Source: Phoronis australis (Eukaryota > Animalia > Phoronida). From it: a DNA stretch of 38,141 nt. Positions 36,660 through 38,141 of the stretch are shown piece after piece. The notes below the pieces were generated by a model, which was given only the letters and a program-made list of their open reading frames with translations, was not told the origin of the DNA and ran no database searches. The DNA is taken from NCBI GenBank assembly GCA_002633005.1, contig NMRA01000418.1, forward strand, positions 1 through 38,141, in the 5' to 3' direction. Numbering within the stretch: the stretch's first letter is position 1; each line of letters starts with the position of its first letter. Position numbers and translations under genes: made by a program.

Positions 36660-37620
36660 TGTCAAACCTCTTTGAAATAGTGGTGGTAACAACATGTCAA
36701 ACCGTGATGTGTAAACGTAAAAATGGGGTGCCTAGCACTCTGTAGGGACATTATCATTTTGCTCAAACTTGATCTAGAACTATAGGTTAACGGGGCATGC
36801 ACTGATTCAAAAAGCTGACTGTTGGGTTTTCGGACTATAAAAACATGCAATTTCGCTTTCTGTTACAATTGAAGAAAAAATATGAATTAAAATTGCTTTT
36901 TGGCCATTGCTTGTTGGTTCGAAGTACATAGAAATATGGATAAAGATTGGAATTCTATTATTAATGGACGTGAAGTCCCGTGTTTCATGAGGCGCCATTT
37001 TTGTGTTGCCGCTCTCAGATAAGGGAATTTGGTATATTAATTCTTTGAGATATTGCATTTTGATCTTTTTAAAGCATTACATTAAATGCTCATATTATAC
37101 ATCGCTGACTTTGACGTTGGCGGTTTTTGTTCCATACAATCAACTTTCAATGAAACCTAGTTCAAATCATTCTGTTAAATCACTGTGTTTTTCTGAAGAT
37201 TGCGGCTCAACTTACATAAAATTGTTGCTTGTCTTGTACTCCGTTGCACGCTATTCTGATGACCCAGTGACCGCATCTGACAAGTCGTTTGTTCTCGAAA
37301 AATGTCTGCCTCCAGAGATCAACGTAACACAGTTTTGAACTTACACAAAGGAATGTTTTCAACAAGATACAATTTTGCGGTCTGAATTAAGTTCTTCGTA
37401 CAGATGGACATAGTTATATTTACAAATAATACAGTGCTTGCCGATAGTTCAGAAATAATCACTTTTTGAATGTGGTGCTTGTCTAAACAAGATTTTAAAT
37501 CTCAACCTCCTCGATTCCAAAAAGTAGGCGTACTCTGCATCCACAGCTGTGAAGGCGTTCCTCACAATATCGTTAAAGCTGAACTTAGGAGCCCCTTTAA
37601 AATCCTATTGGAACACTGCA
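36660..37620 (-). pseudogene. Heavily decayed reading frame, possibly an SF3-helicase-like gene of viral/Polinton origin
   Basis: One frame reads protein-like through scattered stops: YLKELIYQIPLSE...PTSNGQKAILIHIFSSIVTESEIA (decayed Walker A?)...KFE....APHFYVYT. Confidence 0.3.
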
Positions 37621-37744
37621 CTCGCTATCCACTATGGAAAGCCCCATGACAACATTGAGCAATGAATGAGATGATTTTAACATCCTTGATGTCCATGATG
37701 TATTAGCACTTTTCTAAATATGTATTGTGTCCTCGTTAAATAAA

Positions 37745-37872
37745 ATCAGAAATAATAATGATAATAATCATGAAAACGAAAACAATAACGAGTAATTATG
37801 TAGTGACAGTAGTAATAGTATTAATAGTAGTAACAGTAGTGATAGTAATGTAATACTAATACTAATAAAAAT
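37745..37872. repeat. Degenerate (AAT/AGT)n low-complexity tract
   Basis: Direct reading. Confidence 0.85.
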
Positions 37873-38141
37873 GATTATAGGTAGCCAAATTCATGTCGGG
37901 TCAGCCCAGAGGGCATACTGTACCTATAGAAGATGCATACTAAAAGTGCATCCCAAAAAGATGTTTTTTCATAGAAAAAATACTCTGCAAAATGCTGTCA
38001 TTTTCGACAAAAACTAAAAGGTGCCTTTCCTGAGTTTCTGGAACGGCAATGTGCAAAAAACGCGAGGTTTTCCACAAATTAGTCTTTAAATGGGTCACGT
38101 TTTAGTACGAGCCACTCTCTAAATGGGTAGGTATTCAATTT

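Overview
Eukaryotic, probably marine-invertebrate, genomic DNA with two N-gaps, made mostly of nested transposable elements. From left to right: a nearly intact BEL/Pao LTR retrotransposon (minus strand, running off the left edge, gag interrupted by a 79-bp MITE); a decayed Polinton/adintovirus-type protein-primed PolB; an APE-LINE fragment; an ISL2EU-type DNA transposon (TIRs, AT TSD, convergent THAP and SAP/YqaJ genes); a Tx1/L1 RT fragment; a decayed Gypsy element; further LINE remnants (L2/CR1, HERO-type RLE, RTEX-like). Then come exons of a host immunoglobulin-superfamily gene (signal peptide plus a cysteine-less V-type domain), followed by a 6.6-kb Academ foldback element with nested MITEs in the downstream intron. 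The most striking observation is in the 3' UTR of the HERO-type LINE (24125-24246). All hammerhead ribozyme core nucleotides are present with working helices, but in a rearranged, doubly pseudoknotted order that fits none of types I, II or III. Family assignments rest on motif recognition by eye; no database searches were run.
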